Positions 26,962-39,312 of a stretch of DNA of 64,000 bases are shown here, piece by piece; the stretch's first letter is position 1; every line of letters begins with the position of its first letter. A model generated the notes under the pieces. That model saw only the letters and a program-made list of their open reading frames with translations. It searched no databases and was not told where the DNA came from. The position numbers were made by a program, and so were the translations under genes. Location: contig NC_086097.1 of the NCBI RefSeq assembly GCF_963921235.1, positions 201,874,001-201,938,000 on the forward strand, given 5' to 3'. The DNA comes from Mobula hypostoma (lineage: Eukaryota).

Positions 26962-29328
26962 CTAGCGGAAGTTAGAGAAGTCAATGTTCATGCCATCAGG
27001 TTGGAGGCTACCCAGACGGAATATAAGGTGTTGTTCCTCCAACCTGAGTGTGGCTTCATCTTTACAGTAGAGGAGGCCGTGGATAGACATGTCAGAATGG
27101 GAATGGGATGTGGAATTAAAATGTGTGGCCACTGGGAGATCCTGCTTTCTCTGGCGGATAGAGCGTAGATGTTCAGCAAAGCGGTCTCCCAGTCTGCGTC
27201 GGGTCTCACCAATATATAAAAGGCCACATCGGGAGCACCGGACGCAGTATATCACCCCAGTCGACTCACAGGTGAAGTGATGCCTCACCTGGAAGGACTG
27301 TTTGGGGCCCTGAATGGTGGTAAGGGAGGAAGTGTAAGGGCATGTGTAGCACTTGTTCCGCTTACACGGATAAGTGCCAGGAGGGAGATCAGTGGGGAGG
27401 GATGGGGGGGACGAATGGACAAGGGAGTTGTGTAGGGATCGATCCCTGCGGAATGCAGAGAGGGGGGGGGAGGGAAAGATGTGCTTAGTGGTGGGATCCC
27501 GTTGGAGGTGGCGGAAGTTACGGAGAATAATATGTTGGACCCGGAGGCTGGTGGGGTGGTAGGTGAGGACCAGAGGAAACCTATTCCTAGTGGGGTGGTG
27601 GGAGGATGGAGTGAGAGCAGATGTACGTGAAATGGAGAAGATGCGTTTAAGAGCAGAGTTGATAGTGGAGGAAGAGAAGCCCCTTTCTTTAAAAAATGAA
27701 GACATCTCCCTCGTCCTAGAATGAAAAGCCTCATCCTGAGAGCAGATGCGGCGGAGACGGAGGAATTGTGAGAAGGGGATGGCGTTTTTGCAAGAGACAG
27801 GGTGAGAAGAGGAATAGTCCAGATAGCTGTGAGAGTCAGTAGGCTTATAGTAGATATCAGTGGATAAGCTGTCTCCAGAGACAGAGACAGAAAGATCTAG
27901 AAAGGGGAGGGAGGTGTCGGAAATAGACCAGGTAAACTTGAGGGCAGGGTGAAAGTTGGAGGCAAAGTTAATAAAGTCAACGAGTTCTGCATGCGTGCAG
28001 GAAGCAGCGCCAATGCAGTCGTCGATATAGCGAAGGAAAAGTGGGGGACAGATACCAGAATAGGCACGGAACATAGATTGTTCCACAAACCCAACAAAAA
28101 GGCAGGCATAGCTAGGACCCATACGGGTGCCCATAGCTACACCTTTAGTTTGGAGGAAATGGGAGGAGCAAAAGGAGAAATTATTAAGAGTAAGGACTAA
28201 TTCCGCTAGACGGAGCAGAGTGGTGGTAGAGGGGAACTGATTAGGACTGGAATCCAAAAAGAAGCGTAGAGCTTTGAGACCTTCCTGATGGGGGATGGAA
28301 GTATATAAGGACTGGACATCCATGGTGAAAATAAAGCGGTGGGGGCCAGGGAACTTAAAATCATCGAAAAGTTTAAGAGCGTGAGAAGTGTCACGAACAT
28401 AGGTCGGAAGGGATTGAACAAGGGGTGATAAAACAGTGTCGAGGTATGCAGAAACGAGTTCGGTGGGGCAGGAGCAAGCTGAGACAATAGGTCGGCCAGG
28501 ACAGGCAGGTTTGTGGATCTTGGGTAGGAGGTAGAAACGGGAAGTGCGGGGTGTGGGAACTATAAGGTTGGTAGCAGTGGATGGGAGATCCCCTGAGCAG
28601 ATAAAGTCGTTGATAGTGTGGGAGACAATGGCCTGGTGCTCCTTAGTGGGGTCACGATCGAGGGGTAAATAAGAGGAGGTATCCGCGAGTTGTCGCTGTG
28701 CCTCGGCAAGGTAGAGGTCAGTACGCCAGACTACAACAGCACCCCCTTTATCAGCGGGTTTAATAATAAGGTTAGGATTAGTGCGGAGGGAGTGGAGAGC
28801 AGAGCGTTCCGAAGGAGTGAGGTTGGAATGGGGACAAGGTGCGGTGAAGTCGAGACGGTTGATGTCCCGTCGGCAGTTGGCAATAAAGAGATCCAGAGCA
28901 GGCAGAAGACCAGAGCGGGGTGTCCATGAAGAAGAGGAGGGTTGAAGACGGGAGAAGGGGTCATCGGTGGGGGTGGAAGAGTCCTTGCCGAAGAAGTAGG
29001 CTCGGAGACGGAGACGGCGGAAGAAAAGTTCCGCATCGTGACGAACATGGAACTCGCTGAGGTGTGGGCGAAGGGGGACAAACGTGAGGCCCTTACTAAG
29101 AACAGAGCGTTCTGCCTCCGACAGTTGAAGGTCGGAGGGGATGGTAAAGACCCGGCACGGATGAGAACTGGGATCAGAGGGGGGAGGGGGGAGGCTGGGG
29201 GTGTCAGTGGAGAGGGGAGGGTTGGGGTGAGAGGAAGATGGAGCCTCTGAGGGCCCAGGAGCTGACGGTGGGATCTGAGGAAGACGGGGTTGCAGAGTGG
29301 TGGAGGGGGAAGGGGAGACGGGAGTCAC
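26962..29328 (-). CDS. Penelope-type reverse transcriptase + GIY-YIG endonuclease (788 aa open; N-terminus missing)
   Basis: KPADKGGAVVV, FYLLPKIHK, RPIVS, MDVQSLYTSIP, GVAMG, RYIDD, Cys linker CKRNKCYTC, VIYCVRCSRCGLLYIGET...RFAEH. The listed start is GTG and the frame stays open to the element edge at 29352. Confidence 0.93.
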   Translation of the reverse strand: MTPVSPSPSTTLQPRLPQIPPSAPGPSEAPSSSHPNPPLSTDTPSLPPPPSDPSSHPCRVFTIPSDLQLSEAERSVLSKGLTFVPLRPHLSEFHVRHDAELFFRRLRLRAYFFGKDSSTPTDDPFSRLQPSSSSWTPRSGLLPALDLFIANCRRDINRLDFTAPCPHSNLTPSERSALHSLRTNPNLIIKPADKGGAVVVWRTDLYLAEAQRQLADTSSYLPLDRDPTKEHQAIVSHTINDFICSGDLPSTATNLIVPTPRTSRFYLLPKIHKPACPGRPIVSACSCPTELVSAYLDTVLSPLVQSLPTYVRDTSHALKLFDDFKFPGPHRFIFTMDVQSLYTSIPHQEGLKALRFFLDSSPNQFPSTTTLLRLAELVLTLNNFSFCSSHFLQTKGVAMGTRMGPSYACLFVGFVEQSMFRAYSGICPPLFLRYIDDCIGAASCTHAELVDFINFASNFHPALKFTWSISDTSLPFLDLSVSVSGDSLSTDIYYKPTDSHSYLDYSSSHPVSCKNAIPFSQFLRLRRICSQDEAFHSRTREMSSFFKERGFSSSTINSALKRIFSISRTSALTPSSHHPTRNRFPLVLTYHPTSLRVQHIILRNFRHLQRDPTTKHIFPSPPLSAFRRDRSLHNSLVHSSPPSLPTDLPPGTYPCKRNKCYTCPYTSSLTTIQGPKQSFQVRHHFTCESTGVIYCVRCSRCGLLYIGETRRRLGDRFAEHLRSIRQRKQDLPVATHFNSTSHSHSDMSIHGLLYCKDEATLRLEEQHLIFRLGSLQPDGMNIDFSNFR

Positions 29329-29646
29329 AACAGCAGCACATAAAGACCCGGCCTAATGTAGGTCTTTTGTAACAGCAAGGTTTCGTAAAGCGAACGTTCG
29401 AAAAGCGGGGGGGGGGGCACCTGGTATTTGAATAATCAGGGCATAGAAGGCCATGGACCAAGTACTGGGAGAAAGGATTAATACGGAAGTGCGCTCAGTG
29501 GCTGGCATGGAAGAGTTGGTTAAAATAGCTATTTTTTTCCCATGCTGTACAATTCATTGACTCTATGACACGGTAATGCTGAAATGTAGGGTTATATATT
29601 TAACCGCCAAAGTAGCTTACAACTGACAACCAATGTGTCAAATCTA

Positions 29647-30790
29647 GACATAGACATAGAAAATAGGTGCAGGAGTAGGCCATTCAGCCCTTCGAGCCTG
29701 CACCGCCATTCAGTATGATCATGGTTGATCATCCAACTCAGAACCCTGTACCAGCCTTCCCTCCATACCCCCGATCCCTTTAGCCACAAGGGCCATATCT
29801 AACTCCCTCTTAAATATAACCAATGAACTGGCCTCAACTGTTTCCTGCGGCAGAGAATTCCACAGATTCATCACTCTCTGTGTGAAGAAGTTTTTCCTAA
29901 TCTCGGTCCTAAAAGGCTTCTCCTTTATCCTCAAACTGTGACCCCTCATTCTGGACTTCCCCAACATCGGGAACAATCTTCCTGCAACTAGCCTGTCCAA
30001 TCCCTTTAGGATTTTATACGTTTCAATAAGATCCCCACTCAATCTTCTAAATTCCAATGAGTATAAGCCTAGTCGATCCAGTCTTTCATCATATGAAAGT
30101 CCTGCCATCCCAGGAATCAATCTGGTGAACCTTCTTTGGCAAGGATGTCTTTCCTCAGATTAGGGGACCAAAACTGCACACAATACTCCAGGTGTGGTCT
30201 CACCAAGGCCTTGTACAACTGCAGTAGTACCTCCCTGCTGCTGTACTCGAATCCTCTTGCTATGAATACCAGCATACCATTCACCTTTTTCACCGCCTGC
30301 TGTACCTGCATGCCCACTTTCAATGACTGGTGTATAATGACACCCAGGTCACAATGCACCTCCCCTTTTCCTAATTGGCCACCAATCAGATAACAATCTG
30401 TTTTCCTGTTTTTGCCACCAAAGTGGATAATCTCACACTTATCCACATTAAATTGCATCTGCCATGAATTTGCCCACTCACCTAACCTATCCAAGTTACC
30501 CTGCATCCTCTTAGCATCCTCCTCACAGCTAACACTGCCACCCAGCTTCGTGTCGTCCGCAAACTTGGAGATGCTGCATCTAATTCCCTCATCTAAGTCA
30601 TTAATATATATTGTAAATAACTGGGGTCCCAGCACTGAGCCTTGCGGTACCCCACTAGTCACTGCCTGCCATTCTGAAAAGGTCCCGTTTATTCCCACTC
30701 TTTGCTTCCTGTCTGCCAACCAATTCTCTATCCACATTAATACCTTACCCCCAATACCGTGTGCTTTAAGTTTGCACACTAATCTCCCGT
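29647..30790 (-). mobile_element. CR1 LINE, 5'-truncated RT and 3' end
   Basis: SGVPQGSVLGPQLF, KFADDTKLGG, RPHLEYCVQFWSP; tctatg repeat tail. Confidence 0.93.
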
Positions 30791-31584
30791 GGAACAGGAA
30801 GAAAGGGGGAGGGCTCTCAAAAATGGAGGAACTCAGCAGCAATGTTAGAAGCAAATCTAATGTATTTCTACCATCTTCACGTATTAGTATCAAATGATAT
30901 CTCGCCTTGCAGAAGCCAGATATCACCCACCAAAGCAGAAGACAATATTCAACTAACTTGTTTCACTTCACACAGAGTATATTACAAAACTGACAGCACT
31001 TGCAACTGTAAAGCTGTAGTTACTTGATTGATAGTTACTATCTTGACTTTTTAATTTTGGTTAGTTATTGATGGATGAGGAATAGCTGTCATTACATATA
31101 TAATGCAAAAGTCAAGCTGTAAATCTTCATAGAGAAATCAACTTATAGGATTCTTGCTCCTGATTTCTTGTGCTCTCACTTAGACAGATGTGGCACAGAT
31201 TCAAAAGGATCCTGCCTGTTGTGTGTAAATTAAAAATACAAATAACAAACTGCAAGTGAAGTTGCTTTCCTCAGAACAGGGAAAACCACTGGATGATTTG
31301 ATTGAGATGTTTAAAGTTGTGAATGAATGGGATTGTTTCTGGTGGCTGAGGGCTCTCGATGGCAGGAATTGGTTTAAATTGAACAGACTTTGATCAACAT
31401 TTTCTTTGCATAGAGTTAATATTCTTTATGTCTTTTACTAAGACATCTTTTAATTTACAAAACTTACTTTCTTCAATTTGCTAGCCATCTTTGTTGCACA
31501 TGCTATCCCTTTCCACCACTGATTCCACAATCTCTTCAGGCAGTAATACGACTTATGAACTGCACTTGCTCTCTGCTAAAGTGA

Positions 31585-33245
31585 TAAATTAGTTGACAAT
31601 TGCCACGTTTGCATGGCATCCATACAGGTAATTTCATTTCATCAGTACCTTGAGGTAGTACAAGGAAAAAGCAATAGTAGAACGCAGAATAGAGTGCTAT
31701 AGTTACAGGCAAAGTGCAGTGTCAGCAGGGATTAAGGTGCAAGGCCATGATGAGGTAAATTATGATGTCAATAGTCCTAATAGTGCCAGGGAACTGTTCA
31801 ATGGTCTTGTAAAAGCAGGACAGAAGCTATCCTTGGGCTTGGTGGCATGTGCTTTCTGGCTTTTTTATCTTCTGTCCAATGGAGGGGTAATAAGAGAAAA
31901 CCTGCGGTGTGAGGGGTCCTTGATTACGTTGACTGCTTTTCCAAAGCAGCGAGAAGTGTACACTGAGTCCATGGAGGGGAGGCTGGCTTTTGTGACATGC
32001 CAAACTATATGCACAACTCTCAGCAGTTTCTTGCAGTCCTGGGCAAAGCAACTGCCATTTCAATCTATGAGGCATCTGGAAAGGATGCTTTCTATGGTAT
32101 ATTTATAAATATCAGTAAGAATTAACGGGGATATGCTACACTTCTTTAGCCTCCTAAAAAAATAAAAGCATTGGTGTGCTTTTTTTGGTCATGGCATCTA
32201 CAATCACTTTGTACATGACTGAACGACAATAGATGTTGGTGATGTTCACTCTTAGGAACTTGAAGATCTCAAACTTTCTGACCTCAGCACTGTTGATGTA
32301 ACAGCAGCAGGAGTGGAAGGTGGCGGTGTGACGCAGTGCACAGAGGCCACTACAGTGATGAATATCTGTTATCTGTCAAGTAGGAGGCCGTGCACAATCC
32401 TGATTTGATGGAGGAAGACGTGAGAGCGCGGAGGAACTTCTGGTGAAACTTCTGAAATGCCTGCTTCGCTGTCACTGCTACTGTGTGATCCTGAATCTTG
32501 GGGGGTAAGGCCCCGAGTTCTCGGCTTTGCTTGTTGCTCAGCAGCCGAGGCGGGGTCAAGACGCTCGGCAGAGATGGTGCTCGGTGTCAGAGGGCTGGTC
32601 GGAGGCTTGAAGTTTTTGGACGGACTCAGAGTCGGCTGTGGTCTGGTACTTCCAGGGTGCTGCATCGGCAAGTTTGCGGCACTGGAGGTTCATGGCAGGG
32701 AGAGTTTCTCCCTTCTACCATCTGTGAGAGATGATGGGGCTATCTGGACTTTGAGACTTTTTTTTTACCGTGCCCATGGTCTGCTTTTTATCAAAGTATG
32801 GTATTGCTTTGCACTGTTGTAACTATATGTTATAATTATGTGTTTTTTGTCAGCTTTAGTCTTGGTCTGTCCTGTGTTTCTGTGATATCATACTGGAGGA
32901 ACATTGTATCATTTCTTAATGCATGCATTTCTAAATGACAATAAACGAGGACTGAGTGCCCTCATAATCTAATCTAATCTAATCTCCACTGCTCCCCTTT
33001 CCTGTAATAAATGATTGGCTCTTTTGTTTTGCTGACCTTAAGGGAAAGGTTGTTATCATGACTGCCCCACTGGGCTATCTCTTTCCTGTATTCTGACTCA
33101 TCATTATTTGAAATTTGGCCCACTACAGTCATTTTATGTACAATCTTGTAGATGTGAGTTGAAGCATAATCCTGCCATGTAATTGTGAGTTTATAGGAAG
33201 TAAAATAAGAGGCTGAGGAAGCAGTTCCGTGGGGCACCGGCGTTG
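31585..33245 (-). mobile_element. Rex1/Babar LINE remnant (interrupted at ~32311-32985)
   Basis: DNNLSLKVSKTKE..RK in ORF 32974-33237; 3' region similar to other Rex1 copies. Confidence 0.7.
32311..32985 (+). mobile_element. Non-autonomous retroposon with CpG-rich head and (AATCT)n tail
   Basis: Starts near gaaggtggcgg; CpG-rich relative to flanks; AATAAA at ~32940 then ataatctaatctaatctaatct. Confidence 0.65.
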
Positions 33246-34269
33246 AGAATCATCACACACTATTATCAGTGATGCTGCCGACTTTGGTCTGTAACCTTTA
33301 CAGCATGTAAGCCCTGCCACAACTAATGGCTAGTCTGGGACTCAACTTTGGACTGGTATTGCCTCTTGGCATCCCTGATAGTTCTAAGAAGGTTATACCT
33401 TGATTTCCTGTATGGGGGCTGGATCACCCAATTTGAATACTGCAATCCTGGGCTTTGGCAGAGAATGGAATTCCTGACTCATCTATTGCCTCCAAGAAAT
33501 TTTTTCCATCCATCCCAATGTAAGCACATTTAAATGTGCCTCTGTTTATTTTGTCATCTTAATTTGAATACATAGATAGCAAGTTTACATTGGTTGACCA
33601 ACAGGGTGACAAAATCAATGCTGTAATTATGCCACCAAGCTTCCCATTAAATGTTCCAATGTTTCAGAATGAGTACATCATCAAGTAATGTTCTCAGTTC
33701 CCAAGAAACCAACTTCATTTGCAATTTAATATTTTTATTTTCCACCTATACATAACAGACAGAATCCTTATGAATCTGTGCCACATCTGTCAATGCAAGA
33801 GAGCAAGAAAATAGGGGGAGGAGTCCAGACTGGCTCACAAGCCTATTACACCATTCAATATGATCACAGGTGTTGGAACCAACTGTTTAGTACATACATG
33901 TAAATTCAGTATGCCTCTAGTGGTTATACATAGCATAATTCTGGAAAGTACAGAAAACTTCTTTGCATTGTATTATTTGAATAAGAATTATCTCATTGGT
34001 TAACTCTTATCTACAAATTTGAATGGACGTTTTCCTTATCTACAGGTATAAAAATTGCTGACTGTAAATCTGGGCTAATTTACTCCTAGTCTTCTCAATC
34101 TTTGTCTTAATCTTAGCATTCACTTCACTTAGTAGATCTTTATCACTGTCTGCCTCAGTTTCTCTTTGTTCTACTAATGCTTAATAAAATGATCGTGAAG
34201 CAACAAGTTTTGTGCCTCTTTCCTAACTTCTGAAAAAAAACCTGAGGACACTAATTGTACCATGCTCAA

Positions 34270-35745
34270 ACTTTTGATTCCTAATTTTATCTGAGGTCTT
34301 ACCAACATCTTCCTCCACAACCTCTCCGCTAACTGTTCTGGCATCCCCCGCAACTCTAGTTCAAATCCGACTGTGCAGCATTAACAAACCATCCCACTGG
34401 ATATGAGTCTCCCTCCAGTTCAGGTACAAACTGCCCCTTCTGTACAGGTCCCACATTTCCTGGAAGAGACCCTAATGATCCAAAAATCTTATGTCCTTCC
34501 TCCTACACCAACTCCTTAGCCTCATATTAAACTGTATAATATGTATATTACATAGGCCCTCATAATTCAGGACAATGAATGCAGGAATCAGGATGTTATG
34601 CTGAGCATTGGTGAAGATGAATTTGGAATATTGTGTGTACTTCTGGTCACCTACCTATAGAAAAGATACAAGTAAGCTTCAAAGAGTACAGTGAACATTT
34701 ACAAGGATGTTGCAGGGATTTGAGAACTGCTCCTAAACCTGGTGGTGTTAGTCCTAAGGTTCTTGTACTTTCTTCTTGATGGTACAGATGGTAGGGGTTC
34801 TTGATGATGGATGCTGCTTCATGCAGACGTGCTCAATGACGGGAAGGGCTTTACCAATGTTGGACTGACCTGTATCCACTACATTTTGTAGGATTTTATG
34901 TTCAAAAGCATTAGTGCTTTCATACCAGGCCATGATGCAACCAGTCAATACACTCTCCACAACACACCTAAAGAAGTTTGTCGAAGTTTTAGATGTCATG
35001 CTGAATCTTCTCTGAAAGTAGAGGCGCTGCTGTGCTTTCTTTGTAATTGCACTTATGTGCTGGGCCCAGGACAAACCCTGTGAGATGATAACACCAAGGA
35101 ATTTAATGTTGTTGGCCCTCTCCACCTCTGATCCCCTGATGGGGACTGTCTCATGGACTGCTGGTTTCCTCCGGAATTCAATAACTAGCTCCTTGGTCTT
35201 GCTGACATTGAGTAGCACCACTCAAACAGATTTTCAGTCTCGCTCCTATATGTTACGACTTCACACCCTGGAGTGCAAGAGAATGAGGGGATTATATAGG
35301 ATAAATGCATTCAGACTTTTCTCCCCTCAGGTGGGGTAAGAATAGAACTATATGTTACAGGTTACAGATAAAACGTGAGATATTCAAGGAGAATCTGACA
35401 GGGAACTACTTAACTCAGAGGGTGGTACAAGTGTAAAGGAGCCACCCGTGGAAGTGTAAGATGCAGCTTCAATTGTATTATTTAAGAGAAGTTTGGATAG
35501 GTATGTGGATGATAGAAGTGTGGAGGGCTATGGACTGAGTGCAGGTGATGGGTTTAGGTCCTGCTTCTGTGCTCTGGTACCCTACGATTCTATGCTCCTT
35601 CTATAACTTAACCTATTTGTGGTGCTCCAGGTATAGCTTCACCAACGTCTTGAAACTTGTTAAAAATAACCTCCAACACCTGTGCGATAAAGGCCAAAAT
35701 GTCATTTACCTTCTTAATTTGCTGCTGCAAAATCCGCATTTCCAA
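34270..35745. mobile_element. Cluster of CR1 fragments with a nested antisense Rex1 fragment (~34725-35250)
   Basis: ORF 34754-35221 LNVSKTKELVIEFRR..KFLGV..CVVESVLTGCI. CR1 LEYCVYFWSP-type sequence lies before it and CR1 3' sequence after. Confidence 0.75.
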
Positions 35746-36489
35746 TTCATAGAGATTAGTGGAGCTACAGGGTTGGAAGGTGGCACGACAAAAACTTAAA
35801 ATATGATCATAATAATACAGCACCCAAAGGAAAAATTCAAATTGCACACTTTGGGGTCTCTTGATTAAAAATTTTTAGCAACAGTTTAACATGAGATCTT
35901 TCCATGGTAAATAAGATCGAATAATACAGTACATGATAATGATGAACTGGACATTCTTTACAGAAAGCAAGGAGTAACTATAAATAATTAATGTTTGGTT
36001 GTATTTAGTTTTTATATTAAGCACTGTGTTTATTTTCTTTTTCATAAAATACAGGAAATTACTCAGGTTGTTGATCTCATTTAAAATTTATGTCAAAATA
36101 TCAAGTACTTCTGTATGTCTCTGCAGCGTATTTGTCCTGCATCAATTTCATCATCTTGCTCATCAGTAACCAATTTCCAAAACAATTCTCGAAGGTGTTT
36201 ATCATAAATATTCAAGTATCTTGAGAAAACTGACTGTCAAATAACTACATTAATAACCTTGACATAAGCATGATAATTATCCTTATTTAAATAAATGTTC
36301 TTTATTTAAATAAATTATCTTTATCTGCAATAGGAAAGCCAACGAACAAATGACCCAAATTGACTCTCTGTAATCAATTGCATAGACTCTGTGATATTAA
36401 TACCAAGATTCAGAAAATTCCGCAACTTATGGAAAAAAATATAAGATCTAAAAGGCAGATGTGACCTACCTTTCTAAATACTTATGAAA

Positions 36490-36990
36490 CTTGATCTACC
36501 TACAGCATACAACTCAACATACCAAATTGATACCTGCAAGTGTCTCTGCAAAATCCTCTAAATCCATTGGGAAGATGCCAACGTCTGTCTTCTTGCAGGC
36601 CAACATTTGCAGTATGGAGGCTCATTTCTCCCAGTGAGCACTAATGGACAGACCATTTAATTTGCATGCCTAGTACCATACTCTCAAAGCAGACTCCATT
36701 TCAAGAAAGGATGGACAGAGATAAAGATTCAAAGGATGTTCTCAAAGCTTCTCAAAAGGTTGGAATATCCTCACTGCCTTGGAAGTTCCTGGCCCATGAC
36801 TGCAGAAAGTGGAGAAGGAGCACTGGGAAATGCACTGAAAAACTGGAATCCATGAATCAGAAGCTGATGTAGTTGAAGAAATACAAATGGCACAAACTGC
36901 TCTATCAGGCACTCTATCAGGCACTTCTTGCCATATTCATAATGGAGTAGGTGGATGCCAGCTCAGTCAGTTCACAACCACAAGATAAAA
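36490..36990 (+). mobile_element. Old RTE-clade LINE 3' fragment
   Basis: ctgcaaaatcctctaaatccattgggaagat and RFKDVLKAS...LAHDCRKWRR motifs; related to 6500-6945. Confidence 0.65.
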
Positions 36991-37309
36991 GTGAAACAAG
37001 ATATCTTCAATTCTAACAACCATCTAAGAAAACAGCTCTGTCAGTCTGTTCATACAGAGTTCAAGTTAACAATCATCTCCTGAAAGTTGTATTGTACAAT
37101 TTAACTGTCTCCCTTTACTTTGTTAGTTTCATTGAACTATGTAGATTTCTCTCTTATCTAATGGATGTTCTGTAGTTTAAAATCATTCTGAATATTGTAT
37201 ATCAAATAAACTATTTTCCTCTAATTTCATTGTTTTATATTTATCCATATTAATTTTGCTGCTCAATGTTTCTGATTTGCTCATTATTTGAATTTACTAT
37301 TGTCTACAG

Positions 37310-38405
37310 CAGAGGTCCCCAACCTTTCTTGCACTGCGGACCGGTTTAATATTGACAATATTCTTGCGGAATGGCCAACCGGGGCGGGGGGGGGGGGGGT
37401 GGTAGGGTTGCCAACGGACAAGAGTAGCAGTCAAATACTGTACGTTGTGTTTACCCCAAGAAAGACTACAATGACCACGAAGCCTTGCACAGGCACCAGT
37501 GCGCATGCGTAACCTGCAAATGCGTGTACCTGCCGATTTTTTTTCTGCAAATCGCTTTTGGCGATTCTGTTCGGGGGGGAGGGGGGAGTTAATCACGACA
37601 GGGGAGCTTGAAGTAAGTGTTGAACGAACTTCCAGTAGAAGTGGTAGAGGCAGGTTCGATATTATCATTTAAAGAAAAAGTGGATAGGTATATGGACAGG
37701 AAAGAAATGGAGGGTTATGGGCTGAGTGCAGGTCGGTGGGACTAGGTGAGAGTATCGTTCGGCATGGACTAGAAGGGCAGAGAGATTCCGTGCTGTAATT
37801 GTTATGTGATTATATAAGTCACTTAGAAGTCAATAGCATCATAACATTTTAAGTAACGTTTGGATATTAAACACACAGCACATATTTTCTCCGTGTGAAC
37901 ATATAAAATCATTGCAACACACCAATATCGCTGAATCAGTGGGAGCCCTGGGCTTGTTTCCCTGCAACAAGATGGTGCGATCGAAGGGTGAGGGGAGACA
38001 GCGATACTCGAACGGGATTCCTTATGTCCAGTCTATTCCGCAATTTAGTTTTCATTGCATTCATTGCAGAGATATGTTGGAAATGGAAGCAACGTTTTCA
38101 GTGCTTTCATGGCTATCTCAGGATATTTAGTCTTGACTTTGATCCAGAATGCCGGCAGAAGTGTTATGTCAAACATACTTTTCAGCCCGCCGTCATTTGC
38201 AAGCTCGAGGAGTTGATCTCCTTCCCGCGCTGACATGGATGACGCGCGGATAATGACCTCGCATGCGTAATGGCTCAACAGTGCGTGACAGGGAATGAAA
38301 GGTGCAGCTGACTCATATCACCAAATCATATCGTTTCCTCGCGGCCCAGTAGCACATGCTCTGTGGCCCGGTACCGGTCCGCAGCCCGGTGGTTGGGGAC
38401 CACTG
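37310..38405 (-). mobile_element. hAT-Charlie (MER1/Charlie3-like) non-autonomous DNA transposon with both TIRs and 8-bp TSD
   Basis: TIRs CAGAGGTCCCCAACC and (rc) CAGTGGTCCCCAACC. TSD GTCTACAG at 37302-37309 and 38406-38413. Dimerization-domain remnant FWIKVKTKYPEIAMKALKTLLPFPTYLC. CR1 tail nested at ~37615-37815. Confidence 0.93.
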
Positions 38406-39164
38406 GTCTACAGCTTAGCTTTTTTTCGAACTTAAAATCAGTGACATTCAAAACTAATAGCAACAGAACTGACCTGAAGCATCCACAATGTTTGTTATAA
38501 TGGTAATTTTCAACTTATCTCAGAGATTTACTTCTAACTGCAAGCTGAATCTGTTGCGACTTATTGATTGCAAACAATATTAGTGTTAAAGTAAAGCACC
38601 AAAGGATACTTCCTTTAAAATGGATTTGAATGCACATAGTTAAAAGTGACCATTTTTAGAAACATACTGTATATAAAAAACAGTGCAATATCACTTAGAT
38701 AGTTAAGTAATACAGTATATCATTTCCCTTTTTTCTGATTTTGTTGGTAACTGACTCCATTTGTTAGCAAGCCAAATTAATTATTTCAAACATCACCCTT
38801 AAATAATTAGCACTAGTTTTACCGTTCTGGAGAAAAAATAGTATGGACTTGGGAGACAAATTCACAATATGGAAAAAAAGTATGCTAAGCTCAATAATAG
38901 GGTATAAATGGAACCAGAAAAAGCATTATATCCAAGGAGTTCCCATGCCAAGCTTCTTTGGGCTGCGTCCCTCAGAGAACCTAAACTTTAACTTTATTGG
39001 ACAAAAACATACTCTATTCTTGCAATTCTTAAAAGGTTTAATGATTGACCATCTTCTCCAACGACAACTCTGTCAAAGCACGGTAGCAAATGACAGAGAG
39101 CGTGGAAGATATGGTACAAAATTATGTTCAATAGCAATTGCATAACTTCATACAAGAAGTATTA

Positions 39165-39312
39165 GAATCATAGAACAGTACAGCACAGAAATAGGCAATT
39201 TGACACATCTAGTCGTACTGAACCATTTATTAATCACCTAGTCCCACTGACATGCACCCAGACTATAGCCCTCCATGCCCCTCCAATCCATCTACCTATC
39301 CAAATTTCTCTC
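39165..39312 (-). mobile_element. CR1 3' tail fragment
   Basis: atagaacagtacagcacagaaataggc pattern shared with 24612 and 53066. Confidence 0.7.

Larger units (their letters stand above)
26536..29352 (-). mobile_element. Penelope-like retroelement (Neptune-type), young, 5'-truncated, with 11-bp TSD
   Basis: Uninterrupted RT+GIY-YIG frame, pyrimidine-rich 3' UTR and terminal pseudo-LTR; CTAATGTAGGT at 26525-26535 and 29353-29363. Confidence 0.95.
24911..29423 (-). mobile_element. Tigger/pogo-family DNA transposon, internally deleted
   Basis: Termini CAGGTTTCCCCC and (rc) CAGGTGCCCCCC, flanked by (G)TA on both sides; transposase remnants inside; interrupted by the Penelope element. Confidence 0.85.
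24220..29566 (+). mobile_element. Old CR1 3' remnant hosting a nested stack (own sequence ~24220-24610, 24824-24910, 29424-29566)
   Basis: tagatgagta|tttgaataatcagggcatagaaggc rejoins across the Tigger insertion; a short antisense CR1 tail lies at 24612-24823. Confidence 0.7.

Noticed and set aside
26988..29461. Many alternative-frame and antisense ORFs over the Penelope element
   Set aside because: Shadow ORFs of a GC-rich coding frame.
36120..36180. Acidic minus-strand peptide DEQDDEID as the upstream NOL4-family exon
   Set aside because: No suitable splice sites, an early stop and no further similarity; the upstream exon was not found in this window.
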